From Victivallaceae bacterium (GTDB lineage: Bacteria; Verrucomicrobiota; Lentisphaeria; Victivallales; Victivallaceae): a stretch of 55,527 nt of DNA. The translations under genes were made by a program, and so were the position numbers. Below the pieces are notes generated by a model that saw only the letters and a program-made list of their open reading frames with translations, was not told the origin of the DNA and did no database searches. The stretch lies in contig JAZNBV010000079.1 of the NCBI GenBank assembly GCA_045587205.1, positions 1-55,527 of the forward strand. Reading direction: 5' to 3'. Shown here in pieces: positions 1 to 9,986 of this stretch (positions are counted from its first letter, which is position 1; each line of letters starts with the position of its first letter).

Positions 1-95
1 ATAGCTGCAATCTACATTATTTTATGTCATCAAATGCAAACGCATTTGATTGATGACTTCGTCATCTTTAAGCTAAAGCTATTTCGGTAACATAC

Positions 96-119
96 CGGCT
101 CAGCCGGTAGTTTTTTTAC
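96..119 (+). terminator. Rho-independent terminator for a + strand gene whose 3' end may lie at 1-90
   Basis: Hairpin taccggc-tca-gccggta followed by gttttttt. An in-frame coding tail 1-90 ends in TAA at 88-90. Confidence 0.4.
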
Positions 120-135
120 GCTAAAGCAATATAAT

Positions 136-186
136 AAAAAAACTGCCGCAGAACTTTGAAAATTCTGCAGCAGTTTTGTTTTTTTC
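136..186. terminator. Bidirectional rho-independent terminator downstream of transporter paralog 1
   Basis: Arms CTGCCGCAGAA (143-153) and TTCTGCAGCAG (163-173), with aaaaaaa on the 5' side and ttttgttttttt on the 3' side. It therefore functions on either strand. Confidence 0.6.
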
Positions 187-197
187 AGAAAAAGCGC

Positions 198-2525
198 TTA
201 ATTCTTTTCTTCAGCTTTATCTTTTTCGTCACGGTCAACGGCTTCCAATGCCGCCTTATCCGCCAATGACATATTACCTTCCACGCGGCCGTCATCCAGC
301 TCGTTGATTTCGCGTTTTTCCAGATCGCGGAACATACGGTAAAGGTCAACTGCACCGCCGATACCAAACCAGACCGCAGTAATCGCAGCCATCACGCCCG
401 GCACGCACAGAAACACGATCAGGAAGTACCAGCCCCAGTATTCCACCGGCCACGGTGAAATAAGGTTCCAGATCACCACCACCACAAAGGTGCCGCCGAA
501 ACGGTAAATGAAGCTGTACACAAAGTAGCTCCAGGCAATAACTTTATCGCCGGTGGTGTATTCCGGAGTGATACCGATAAGTTTGTTGTAGAAGTTCTTC
601 CAAGTCCAGGTGCTCTTCATTTCGCGCTTGTATTCAATATCGTACTTGCCGCGGTGAAGCATACGGTCCAGGTTGAACAATTCTTTGCAGGTGAGTTTGG
701 ATACTGTAATGTACAGAATCAAAGTCACGACCATAGTTATGAAATACCATTCATAGCTGTTGATCGGGCACTTGACCGCGTTCATTTCCCACACGACCCA
801 CGGATTCAGCGGCTTTGACAATGTTTCCAGCACGCGGGTGGTGGTTTCCAGCATATTGTGGTCACGCAGGAACGGATAGATAAAATCAGCCCAGTTGCGC
901 TGCACCAGCACACCGCTGATACCCATAAACATACCGGTAAGCAAACTCGTCCACGCGCCGGCTGTGGTACCGAAACGGCTGTACAAACCGAACATCAGCA
1001 CCGGACCGCAGCCGCCCATCCACATAATAGTCATCAATGTAACAAACAAATTGATGTAGTCCAGCTGCGACATAAAACTTGATCCGAGGAAGAAGAACAC
1101 CCCGATACCGATCGTGACCCAGCGCACCATCCACATATGTTCTTTGGGGGTCAGCTTCTTTTTGCGGAACTGCAGAACCACATCCTGACTTACCGTGATT
1201 GCCGCACTGAAGATACGGCTGTCGTCAGTGGAAATCATCAACAGCACCATCATCAGACAGAACAAACCGAGCATACCCTTCGGCAGCATATTACGCAATG
1301 TCACCGGCAGCATCAGCTGATAATAGAGTGTACGGAATTTCTGGAACATTGCATTGCCCTGGTCCACATTTTCAGACTTGAGCTTGAGCTGTTCGTGACC
1401 GACGGAGAGATAACGGACATCCAGATTGTTCTTTTCCGAAGCCTGCGCTCCGGCTGCCATCTCCTGCACCGGCAGTTGGTGGATACTCTGCACAACCGCC
1501 GAACGCACTTGCGGATTACTCACCACGTCCATAGCCACCTTATCGGCAAGTTCCAGACGGATCTTATGCGCCTGTGCGGAAAAGTCCTTGTGGTTCAGAA
1601 TTGTCAGCACAGCAACAGCAATCAGCACATAGAATATACCGCCCAGTGCACCGCGCCACGACCCCAGCAAGCTTGCCATCTTCTGTTCGTGTGGAGAACG
1701 CGCCGCAGTGGAACTCGATCCGGCACCAATCCAACTGGCACGGTGCAGAAAACCGACCACAATCGGCAGCAGCAAAAGCGAGAACAAGTTGAAGTCACGC
1801 AGATTCTCAATATCATTGGGGTTGAGAAAGCTTTCGCCATCGACACGTTCGGAAAGCACCGGCAGCATCTGACCGCTCCAGTCAAATTTCATAAGAATGA
1901 AAACAGTGAACACCACCAGCATCGGGTAGCAGAGGACCCCCTGTATGGTATCGGTAATGATGATCGCCATCGATCCGCCCATACAGATAATGCTGATTGC
2001 CATAATCAGCACCACCAGCACCAGAGCGTGGAAGGTGGAAATTTCCATACCGAAAAGTTCAAAAGTCTTGGGCCAGCCCAGAAAGTAGATAAAGAAACGC
2101 GCCGCCAATGCCGGCATAATCATATTGGCAAGCATTTCAGATATACTGCGCAAACCGGCGGCAAAAATACGGAATTTGCGGCTGTAGCGCATTTCCAGAA
2201 ACTGACCGATACTCTGCGCCTTGGTTTCGCGGAAGCGGTAGGTCACAAAGCCGTACAGCCCCATCAACACCCAGAGCGGAGTAAGCAATGCGCTCCAGAA
2301 CGCAGTGGCAAAACCGGTACGGTAATGTACTTCCACATACGCCATCAATCCGGTAACAGACAAACTTGAGGCTATATCACCGACCGAAATAACATAACGG
2401 CCGCAGACACGCCCGGAGGAAAGAAATGTAGAGACATCGCGCAGATATTTACGCGAATACATCCCCATCCAGTACACAAATGCCGTGGGTATTATTACAA
2501 TCACCCAATCGATCCAACTCATCAT
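198..2525 (-). CDS. Sodium:solute symporter (SSS/APC-fold) family transporter, elongated form, paralog 1 of 3
   Basis: N-terminus W(I)DW...SRKYLRDV..FLSSGRxxGRYVISVGDIASSLSVTGLMAYVEVHYRTGF matches the SSS signature (GR, small-residue stretch, G..AY..G). It is multi-TM throughout. The start was chosen at MMSWIDW (2525) because it is preceded by AAGAAAGGA and aligns with the paralog starts; the longer ORF extends to 2561. Confidence 0.6.
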   Translation of the reverse strand: MMSWIDWVIVIIPTAFVYWMGMYSRKYLRDVSTFLSSGRVCGRYVISVGDIASSLSVTGLMAYVEVHYRTGFATAFWSALLTPLWVLMGLYGFVTYRFRETKAQSIGQFLEMRYSRKFRIFAAGLRSISEMLANMIMPALAARFFIYFLGWPKTFELFGMEISTFHALVLVVLIMAISIICMGGSMAIIITDTIQGVLCYPMLVVFTVFILMKFDWSGQMLPVLSERVDGESFLNPNDIENLRDFNLFSLLLLPIVVGFLHRASWIGAGSSSTAARSPHEQKMASLLGSWRGALGGIFYVLIAVAVLTILNHKDFSAQAHKIRLELADKVAMDVVSNPQVRSAVVQSIHQLPVQEMAAGAQASEKNNLDVRYLSVGHEQLKLKSENVDQGNAMFQKFRTLYYQLMLPVTLRNMLPKGMLGLFCLMMVLLMISTDDSRIFSAAITVSQDVVLQFRKKKLTPKEHMWMVRWVTIGIGVFFFLGSSFMSQLDYINLFVTLMTIMWMGGCGPVLMFGLYSRFGTTAGAWTSLLTGMFMGISGVLVQRNWADFIYPFLRDHNMLETTTRVLETLSKPLNPWVVWEMNAVKCPINSYEWYFITMVVTLILYITVSKLTCKELFNLDRMLHRGKYDIEYKREMKSTWTWKNFYNKLIGITPEYTTGDKVIAWSYFVYSFIYRFGGTFVVVVIWNLISPWPVEYWGWYFLIVFLCVPGVMAAITAVWFGIGGAVDLYRMFRDLEKREINELDDGRVEGNMSLADKAALEAVDRDEKDKAEEKN

Positions 2526-2688
2526 TGTTTTATACATCCTTTCTTTTGTTGCCTGCCGCAAGATCCCTTCTCATCCACGACAAATGATGAAACCTTGTAT
2601 AAGATAGCATAAAATTCGCTTTTTTCAAGTACATTCAACGCTTTTACTCTGGATTTTAGCAATTAAAAAACAACGCTTATCGGAGTAT

Positions 2689-2724
2689 AAAAAAACGGGG
2701 AACTGCAAAACTATGCAGCCCCCG
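2689..2724 (-). terminator. Rho-independent terminator after transporter paralog 2
   Basis: cgggg..ctgca / tgcag..ccccg hairpin. On the minus strand it is followed by a U-run (the complement of aaaaaaa at 2689-2695). Confidence 0.5.
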
Positions 2725-2745
2725 TTGAGATCAGGAGAAAAAAGA

Positions 2746-5082
2746 TTATTTTTCTTCAGATTTGGCTTGTAACTGTTCTTTTTCAGCACGGTCAACGGCT
2801 TCCAGCTCAGCCTTGTCCGCCAGCGACATATTGCCTTCCACACGCCCGTCGTCCAACAGGTTGATGGTGCGTTTTTCCAAATCGCGGAACATACGGTACA
2901 GGTCGATCGCGCCTCCGATACCGAACCAAACCGCGGTAATTGCCGCCATTACACCCGGCACGACCAGATAAACGATCAGGAAGTACCAGCCCCAGTAGGC
3001 AAGCGGCCACGGATAGAAGATGTTCCAGATCACTACCACTACAAAAGTAACGCCGAAACGGTAGATAAAGCAGTAGAAGAAGTAACTCCAGGTGATGATC
3101 TTATCGCCGGTGGTGTATTCCGGAGTGATCCCGATCATCTTGTTGTAGAAGTTGCTCCAGCTCCAGGCACTCTTGATCTGGCGTTCTTCACCCAGAGAGT
3201 ATTTGCCGCGGTGCAGCATACGGTCCAGGTTAAACGGCTCTTTCAGTGTGGCGTAAGATACACCAATGTAGAGCAGCAGTGTTACCATCATTGTAATGAA
3301 ATACCATTCGTAACTGTTGATCGGGCACCTGACCGCGTTCATTTCCCACACCACATAGGGGTGGAGCGGCTTGGAAATGTTCCACAGCGCCTTGGTCACG
3401 CCGTCCAGCAACCCGTGATCGCGGAGGAAAGGGTAAACCATTTCCGCCCAGTTGCGCTGAACAAATACACCGATCAAACCCATAAAAACACCGGTAAGCA
3501 AACTGGTCCACGCACCGATGGTGGTACCGAATCTGCCGTACAAACCGAAAATCAGCATAGGTCCGCAGCCGCCTACCCACATTGTACACATAAGTGTAAC
3601 AAACAAGTTGATGTAGTCCAGCTGTGCCATAAAGCTCGATCCGAGGAAGAAGAATACCCCGATGCCGATCGCCACAAAACGCACCATCCACATATGTTCG
3701 CGCGGAGTGAGCTGCTTTTTGCGGAAAGGCAGGATCACATCCTGACTGATCGTGATCGCCGCACTGAAAATACGCGTATCATCCGTGGAAATCATCAGCA
3801 GAATCATCAGCAGACAGAAAAGTCCCAGCATACCTTTAGGCATAATATTACGCATCGTTACCGGCAGCATCAGCTGATAGTAAAGTGTACGGAATTTTGC
3901 ATACATAGCGTTACCGGTATCAGGATCTTCTTTAGTCAGTGCTACGTGACCGGCTTCCAGATAACGCGTATCTATGTTGTTTTTGTCAGAAAGTTTGGCA
4001 TCCTTACCGATAATGTGTTTCTGCACCGGCAGGCTGTGAATAGCGTTGACCACATTCTGGCGAATATTTTTATCGGAAATAACTTCGCCGGCAACCTTGT
4101 CGGTAAGTTCCAGACGGACCTTGTGTGCCAGGGCAGCATAGTTCTGGTGGTTGAGCAGAGTCAGCACCACCACGGCGATCAGCACATAGAATATACCGCC
4201 CAGAGCGCCGCGCCACGCACCCAGCAAGCTGGCGATTTTCTGTTCGTGCGGAGAACGCGCCGCCGTGGAGCTTGAACCGGCACCGATCCAGCTGGCTCGC
4301 TGCAGAAACACAACCACAAACGGCAGCAGCAAGAGCGAGAACAAGTTGAAGTCGCGCAGATTTTTAATATCCATCGGGCTCAAAAAACTTTCGCCTTCAG
4401 CGCGGTCCATCATCACCGGCAGCATTTCATCAGCCCAGGAGAATTTGACCAGAATAAATACCGTAAAAAGCACCAGCATCGGGTAGCAGATGAAGCCCTG
4501 AATGGTATCGGTAATAATGATTGCCATAGCACCGCCCATACAGATAATGCTGATAGCAAGCACCAGAATCAGCACCATAAGTGCGTGGAAAGTGGAAATT
4601 TCCATACCGAAAAGTTCAAAATACTGCGGCCAACCGAGGAAGTAGATGAAAAAGCGTGCAGCCAATGCAGGCATAATCATATTGGCAAGCATTTCAGATA
4701 TACTGCGCAGCGCTGCAGCAAAAATACGCAGTTTGCGGCTGTAACGCATTTCAATAAACTGACCGATACTCTGCGCTTTGGTTTCGCGGAAACGGTAGGT
4801 AACGTAACCGAACAAAGCCAGCATAATGCTCATCGGCGTCATAATGGCGCTCCAGAACGCAGCAGCAAAACCCGTACGGTAGTGCACTTCAACATACGCC
4901 ACCAAACCGAGGATCGACAGCCCCGAGGCTATATCCCCGACCGAGATAACGTATCTGCCGCAGACGCGCCCGGCAGAAAGAAATGTTGTTACATCACGCA
5001 GATACTTGCGCGAGTACATCCCCATACCCAGCACAAACAGTGTGGGCACGATCACAATCGTCCAGTCGATCCAGGACATCAT
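2746..5082 (-). CDS. SSS-family transporter, elongated form, paralog 2 of 3
   Basis: Long blocks identical to paralog 1 (VCGRYVISVGDIAS, KAQSIGQF.EMRYSRK, NMIMPALAARFFIYFLGWP, LDDGRVEGNMSLADKA). RBS AAGAAGGG upstream of ATGATG. Confidence 0.6.
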   Translation of the reverse strand: MMSWIDWTIVIVPTLFVLGMGMYSRKYLRDVTTFLSAGRVCGRYVISVGDIASGLSILGLVAYVEVHYRTGFAAAFWSAIMTPMSIMLALFGYVTYRFRETKAQSIGQFIEMRYSRKLRIFAAALRSISEMLANMIMPALAARFFIYFLGWPQYFELFGMEISTFHALMVLILVLAISIICMGGAMAIIITDTIQGFICYPMLVLFTVFILVKFSWADEMLPVMMDRAEGESFLSPMDIKNLRDFNLFSLLLLPFVVVFLQRASWIGAGSSSTAARSPHEQKIASLLGAWRGALGGIFYVLIAVVVLTLLNHQNYAALAHKVRLELTDKVAGEVISDKNIRQNVVNAIHSLPVQKHIIGKDAKLSDKNNIDTRYLEAGHVALTKEDPDTGNAMYAKFRTLYYQLMLPVTMRNIMPKGMLGLFCLLMILLMISTDDTRIFSAAITISQDVILPFRKKQLTPREHMWMVRFVAIGIGVFFFLGSSFMAQLDYINLFVTLMCTMWVGGCGPMLIFGLYGRFGTTIGAWTSLLTGVFMGLIGVFVQRNWAEMVYPFLRDHGLLDGVTKALWNISKPLHPYVVWEMNAVRCPINSYEWYFITMMVTLLLYIGVSYATLKEPFNLDRMLHRGKYSLGEERQIKSAWSWSNFYNKMIGITPEYTTGDKIITWSYFFYCFIYRFGVTFVVVVIWNIFYPWPLAYWGWYFLIVYLVVPGVMAAITAVWFGIGGAIDLYRMFRDLEKRTINLLDDGRVEGNMSLADKAELEAVDRAEKEQLQAKSEEK

Positions 5083-5268
5083 TTTAACAAAACCCTTCTT
5101 TAATGTTAATAATTATGTTGATTATTTTTTTATTTGATTTTCTTTATTTTTTACTGCATACTTCATTTTCTCATCTCCGGAAAAAACGAAATACTTTCAA
5201 TTGGTAATATAGCATAATGTATGGCTTTTTGCAAGTACAGGAAAGTATAAAAAAAAGGATTTGCGGCA

Positions 5269-5301
5269 TAAAAAACGGCTGACCTGTTACGGTCAGCCGT
5301 T
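5269..5301 (-). terminator. Rho-independent terminator after transporter paralog 3
   Basis: aacggctgacc / ggtcagccgtt perfect 11-bp stem. The minus-strand transcript has a U-run after it (aaaaaa at 5270-5275 on the + strand). Confidence 0.6.
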
Positions 5302-5321
5302 GGAATCAACTGTAAAATTGA

Positions 5322-7652
5322 TTATTTTTCTTCGCTCTTGGCGGCAGATTTTTCTTCCTGCTTTTCAATGGCTTCAAATTTAGCCTTGTCGGCAATGGAC
5401 ATATTGCCTTCCACCACACCGTTGTCGAGGTTATCGGCAACACGGGCATCCAAGTCGCGGAACAAATTGCGTATATCAATGACCCCGCCAATGGAGAACC
5501 ACACTGTGGTGATCATAGCATTGACCCCGGGCACGAGCAGGAAGACGATCAGGAAGTACCAGCCCCAGTAGGCAAGCGGCCACGGCGAAATGATGTTCCA
5601 GATCACCGTCACAACAAAGGAGCAGCCAAAACGGTAAACAAAGCTGTAACCGAAGTATGCCCAGGCGATCACTTTGTCGCCGGTGCTGTATTCCGGAGTG
5701 ATGCCGATGAGTTTGGAATAGAGATTTTTCCAAGTCCAGGGACTCTTTATTTCCTTGCGTTCGTCCAGCGCATACTTGCCGCGGTGGAGCATACGTTCCA
5801 GATTGAACGGCTCTTTCAATGTGGCGTAAGATACCACAATGTAGAGGAACAGAGTAATCAGCATAGTAATGAAATACCATTCATAACTGTTGACCGGGCA
5901 GCGAACTGCGTTCATTTCCCACACGATCCACGGATTGAACGGTTTGGACAATGTTGTCAGCGCATTGCCGACACTCTCCACCAGGCCGTGGTCGCGCAGC
6001 CACGGGTAAACAAAATTTGCCCAGTTGCGCTGCACGCAGATACCAGTGAATCCCAGAACCATACCGGAAAGCAGACTGGTCCAGGCGCCGGCAGTGGTAC
6101 CGAATCTGCCGTACATACCGAACACCAGCATAGGTCCGCAGCCGCCGACCCACATTGTACACATCAATGTCACAAAAAGTGAAATGTAGTCCAGCTGTGA
6201 CATAAAACTCGAACCGAGGAAGAACACCACCCCTACCCCGATGGATGTCCAACGGATCAGATTGATATGTTCTTTGGGGGTCAGCTGCCGCTTGAAGAAG
6301 GGCAGGATCACATCCTGGGCAATAGTACTTGCCGAACTGAATATACGGCTGTCATCAGTGGATATCATAAGCATAATCATCATCAGACAGAACAAACCGA
6401 TCGTACCATTGGGCAATATATTGCGCAATGTCATCGGCAGCATCAACTGGTAATAAAGGGTACGGAATTTGGCGTACATTGCGTTACCGCTATCCACATC
6501 TTTTTCGGTAAGGGTTTCACGGATGGCTTTAAGGTAAATCGTATCATTGTTGTTCTTATCCGAAAGTTTCGGATCAACGCCGATAATGTGTTTGTGGTTG
6601 GAAAATTTCGCAATATTTTCGTTGAGATGCTGCCGCATTTCGGCATCTGCCACCAGTTCTTTTGCCACTTTTCCGGTAAGTTCAACACGGATCTTGTGTG
6701 CATCGGCAGCATAATTCTTATGATTGAGTACAGTGATCAGTGATATAGCGATCAGCACATAAAAGATACTCCCCAATGCACCACGCCAGGTTCCCAGCAG
6801 ACTTGCCATCTTCTGTTCGTGTGCAGAACGCGCCGCTGACTGCGGACCGCCGCCGTACACCCAGTTCATACGGCCGATAATACGCGCCACGATCGGAATG
6901 ATCAGCACCGAGAAAAGGTTGAAGTCGCGCAGTTTGGCAATATCAGACGGGTTGATAAAACTTTCGCCCTCTACACGGTCCATCATCACCGGCAGCATTT
7001 CGTTGCTCCAGGAGAACTTGGTCAGCACAAAAATCGTGAAGAACGCCAGCATCGGGTAAACGATAAACCCCTGCACGGTATCGGTAATTGCCACACTCAA
7101 TGCCCCGCCCCAGTAGATGATCAAAAGTGCAACGGTAAGCACCGCCAGCATAATCAAATGGAAGGTCGAAATTGCCAAACCGCATACATTGACCTGCTGC
7201 GGCAGATCCATAATGTAAATAAAGAAACGCGCCGCCAGAGCAGGCATAATCATATTGGCTGCCACTTCGCAGATACTGCGCAAACCAGCAGCAAAAATAC
7301 GCAGTTTGCGGCTGTAACGCATTTCAATAAACTGCCCCAGACTCTGTGCCTTGGTTTCGCGGAAACGGTAGGTACAGTAGCCGAACATAGCCATAATAAC
7401 GCCCAGCGGCATCAGGAATGCGCTCCAAAACGCCGTGGCAAAACCGGTACGGTAATGTATTTCCACATACGATATCAAACTGATGATCGACAAACCTTCT
7501 GCAATATCGCCTACAGCAATAACATAGCGGCCGCATACGCGCCCCGCCGAAAGAAACGCCGTAACGTCAATAATATAACGCTTTGTGTACCAGGCGATCC
7601 ACAACACAAACAGCACCGGGATCGCGATTACCAACCAATCAAACCATTGCAT
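5322..7652 (-). CDS. SSS-family transporter, elongated form, paralog 3 of 3 (most diverged)
   Basis: Same architecture and conserved blocks (VCGRYVIAVGDIAEG, KAQSLGQFIEMRYSRKLRIFAAGLRSI, NMIMPALAARFFIY, VEGNMSIADKAKFEA). Diverged in the central hydrophilic loop. Confidence 0.6.
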   Translation of the reverse strand: MQWFDWLVIAIPVLFVLWIAWYTKRYIIDVTAFLSAGRVCGRYVIAVGDIAEGLSIISLISYVEIHYRTGFATAFWSAFLMPLGVIMAMFGYCTYRFRETKAQSLGQFIEMRYSRKLRIFAAGLRSICEVAANMIMPALAARFFIYIMDLPQQVNVCGLAISTFHLIMLAVLTVALLIIYWGGALSVAITDTVQGFIVYPMLAFFTIFVLTKFSWSNEMLPVMMDRVEGESFINPSDIAKLRDFNLFSVLIIPIVARIIGRMNWVYGGGPQSAARSAHEQKMASLLGTWRGALGSIFYVLIAISLITVLNHKNYAADAHKIRVELTGKVAKELVADAEMRQHLNENIAKFSNHKHIIGVDPKLSDKNNNDTIYLKAIRETLTEKDVDSGNAMYAKFRTLYYQLMLPMTLRNILPNGTIGLFCLMMIMLMISTDDSRIFSSASTIAQDVILPFFKRQLTPKEHINLIRWTSIGVGVVFFLGSSFMSQLDYISLFVTLMCTMWVGGCGPMLVFGMYGRFGTTAGAWTSLLSGMVLGFTGICVQRNWANFVYPWLRDHGLVESVGNALTTLSKPFNPWIVWEMNAVRCPVNSYEWYFITMLITLFLYIVVSYATLKEPFNLERMLHRGKYALDERKEIKSPWTWKNLYSKLIGITPEYSTGDKVIAWAYFGYSFVYRFGCSFVVTVIWNIISPWPLAYWGWYFLIVFLLVPGVNAMITTVWFSIGGVIDIRNLFRDLDARVADNLDNGVVEGNMSIADKAKFEAIEKQEEKSAAKSEEK

Positions 7653-7861
7653 TTTATTAAAGATCCTTCCCTTTTTTATTTTTTATTATTTTTAAACTGT
7701 TCTTTGCTTTTCAATTTATTGAAAATTCCGCCGGAAACAGAATTATTGAGGTACTAATAGCACTGAAAATACCACTTTGCAAACTTAAACTGCAAGAAAA
7801 TAAAGTTTTTTTCGCGGATAGATCAAATACCCGCAAATGATCCGGTAAGCTTATCAATAAA

Positions 7862-8818
7862 TCATTCCCGCCGCACGGTAATATCGCGGTTTTTTTTCAG
7901 GCATACGCCCAGAGAAGTGGCAACCAGACGGGTGTAGTTGATTTTGTTTATCTCTTTGACTTTCAACGCCCCCGGCGGAGTGTTGACTATCCTGACCTTG
8001 CCGTTGCGGCAGGTTGCCAGCGTGGTTGATCCGCCGCCATCCATATTTATGCCGTCAGCAGCACCGAGGTATTTCAGAAATTCCCCACCCTCAAATTCGG
8101 TAAAACCTTCACTGAAATCTTTTTGCCTGCCGTCAACAATCAAAAAATACAGATAGCGTTTATCTGCGGATAATCCGTAAAAAGTACGCGGATGCAGGGT
8201 TTTGCTTTTGTTGGGAACAACTGTGTTGTTGCGCAGGACAAACCTGAAACCGGAAAGCGCCAAATGTATATCATCGATCCTGCTGCCCGGTTTGTAATCG
8301 ATCATTTCCGGCTTACCGTTTTTACGGACAATAAATGCCGGAACACTCTTTTTCTGTGATACCGATGCCGGAACACCTTCTGAAATCACCAACCCGATAT
8401 TGCCGGCATATTTGTGATTGAACGGCTTGCACCACGGCCCCCACGGCGTAGCATTGACAGCCAGCCGGACATCGTGTCCTGCAGCACGCTGCTGAAGTAT
8501 AAAATCCCCGGTGCGGGTTCGTCTGGTTTCAATCTTCATAGCGGGATAATCGGGCATCGGCTTGCCCCAATCTTTATCGCGCCCGGTATTGATAAGGTAT
8601 ATGCGCGGATGCTTGAGATCCACCCGAACGGCGTGAATATTCAGCGGCCGCGGATTTTTCAAATCAAAGTGTTTGAGTTTTATCCCCGGCGCAACTATTC
8701 TGCCATTGCGCCAGTCGCAGGGATTTTCCGGCACTGCCGAAGCGGTCAGCGTTGCGGCTGCAAAAAACAGCAGCAGCAATAAAAAACTCTTCAGAAAAAT
8801 GTATTTGAGCAGCGGCAC
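7862..8818 (-). CDS. Phosphodiester glycosidase family (NAGPA-like, DUF2233) secreted protein
   Basis: N-terminal signal peptide (LLLLLFFAAATLTASA). The C-terminal INMDGGGSTTL motif is characteristic of the N-acetylglucosamine-1-phosphodiester glycosidase-like family. Confidence 0.5.
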   Translation of the reverse strand: MPLLKYIFLKSFLLLLLFFAAATLTASAVPENPCDWRNGRIVAPGIKLKHFDLKNPRPLNIHAVRVDLKHPRIYLINTGRDKDWGKPMPDYPAMKIETRRTRTGDFILQQRAAGHDVRLAVNATPWGPWCKPFNHKYAGNIGLVISEGVPASVSQKKSVPAFIVRKNGKPEMIDYKPGSRIDDIHLALSGFRFVLRNNTVVPNKSKTLHPRTFYGLSADKRYLYFLIVDGRQKDFSEGFTEFEGGEFLKYLGAADGINMDGGGSTTLATCRNGKVRIVNTPPGALKVKEINKINYTRLVATSLGVCLKKNRDITVRRE

Positions 8819-8835
8819 AACGATATTCTCCTTTT

Positions 8836-9774
8836 TTATTTCCAGAATATCTTGGCGGCAAAATCCCGCAGTTTTATTTCACCGCGCAAGTGGTTTTCCG
8901 GATCGACCACCAGAACTTCCCGCTCCGGAGTCCCCAGAAAAAGTTTGATAAGTTTTGCTGCCGGCAGATCTTCAGTAACAGTTTCATAATTTACTGACAT
9001 AACATCAGCAACTTTTATACTTTCAGCGCGGGAAATCACATCGCTGTATGGACGCAGATCGTAAAGCTCTGAAAGATCATCCTTTTCCAACAGATTCAGC
9101 GGAATGTTGTATTTGAGTATATTTTTCAGTCTGATCACCCCTTTTAATGAACCCTGATCATCCAGTACCGGCAGCAGCTCCGCATTTGATTCGGCAAACT
9201 TGCGGAAAGCAAATGCCAGAGTGTCATCTGCCAGCATAACCGGGCCCGCCGATTCTGCAAGATCGCCGGCGCAAAGGTATTCCGGCAGCCGCATCGGCAT
9301 AACTCTGAAAAACTTCACTATCTCTTCAGCTGTTTCAAATTCTGCTACAGCCTTGACCTTTTCCGGATCACTGAATTCCCGCGCCAGGGCAGCAACCGCC
9401 CGCAAATGCAGCAGCGGCTCATCAACTGGAGCCAGTACAAGTACCGCTACCTTGACATTTTCGCCATCACCTTCGCCGAATTTTACACCGCACCGGCTGG
9501 TTGCCATTGCAACAATGACTTTATCCAATCCGGCAACACGGCAGTGCGGCATCGCCAGCCCGGGAGCAATGACAGTTGAAAAAAGCGCTTCGCGTGCCAA
9601 AACACTTTTTTTTACAACCTCGCAGTCAAGAGACGGATTCTGCTGCGCTGCCAGTGCAATCAACTCGCAGATCACGCTTTCGCGGTCTTTTCCTGATGAG
9701 TGGCACACTATTGTTGATAAATCAATAAAATCCTGAAATTTTTCTGAAGCCTGATTATTTTTCATTTTTTCCAT
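8836..9774 (-). CDS. PTS EIIA(Ntr)/fructose-type EIIA domain fused to a CBS-domain pair
   Basis: N-terminus ...STIVCHSSGKDRESVICELIALAAQ...VIAPGLAMPHCRVAGLD..VAMATSRCGVKF is typical of PTS_EIIA_2, including the phosphorylatable His region. The C-terminal half has two CBS-like units (LPVLDDQGSLKGVI..., EVLVVDPENHLRGEI). Start chosen at MEKMKNNQ (9774); the upstream ORF extension lacks support. Confidence 0.55.
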   Translation of the reverse strand: MEKMKNNQASEKFQDFIDLSTIVCHSSGKDRESVICELIALAAQQNPSLDCEVVKKSVLAREALFSTVIAPGLAMPHCRVAGLDKVIVAMATSRCGVKFGEGDGENVKVAVLVLAPVDEPLLHLRAVAALAREFSDPEKVKAVAEFETAEEIVKFFRVMPMRLPEYLCAGDLAESAGPVMLADDTLAFAFRKFAESNAELLPVLDDQGSLKGVIRLKNILKYNIPLNLLEKDDLSELYDLRPYSDVISRAESIKVADVMSVNYETVTEDLPAAKLIKLFLGTPEREVLVVDPENHLRGEIKLRDFAAKIFWK

Positions 9775-9986
9775 AAAACAAAGCATCCGCGATAAAAAAA
9801 AACTCATTTTTGCGAATATAATACATCTGCGATTGTTTAGCAAATAAAAAGCACAAAAAAATCCATTATTTTGCCTGCTCAACGGATATTATCATTGTTT
9901 TTCACCATCCGGACTCTTTATTCAGTTGATTTTATACATATCTGGTGGTATTGTAATATACAAAAATTTTAATCAAAGGAACTTTT

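Noticed and set aside
26-59. Imperfect palindrome gtcatcaaatgc-aaac-gcatttgattgatgac near the window start
   Set aside because: It lies within what looks like the last codons of a truncated upstream + strand ORF and has a 4-nt asymmetry. A single short palindrome is not interpretable as an operator.
1137-2369. 410 aa + strand ORF (His/Gln/Arg-rich), and similar long antisense ORFs at 3211-4275, 26010-27314, 39309-40259, 41156-42970, 53968-55155 and 35440-36459
   Set aside because: Each lies entirely inside, and antisense to, a gene with strong family-specific motifs (SSS transporter, purM, hydB, hydA, wza-like, nuoF-like). Their compositions (H/Q/R/C-rich, no recognisable motifs) are typical of shadow ORFs on the opposite strand of GC-skewed coding sequence.
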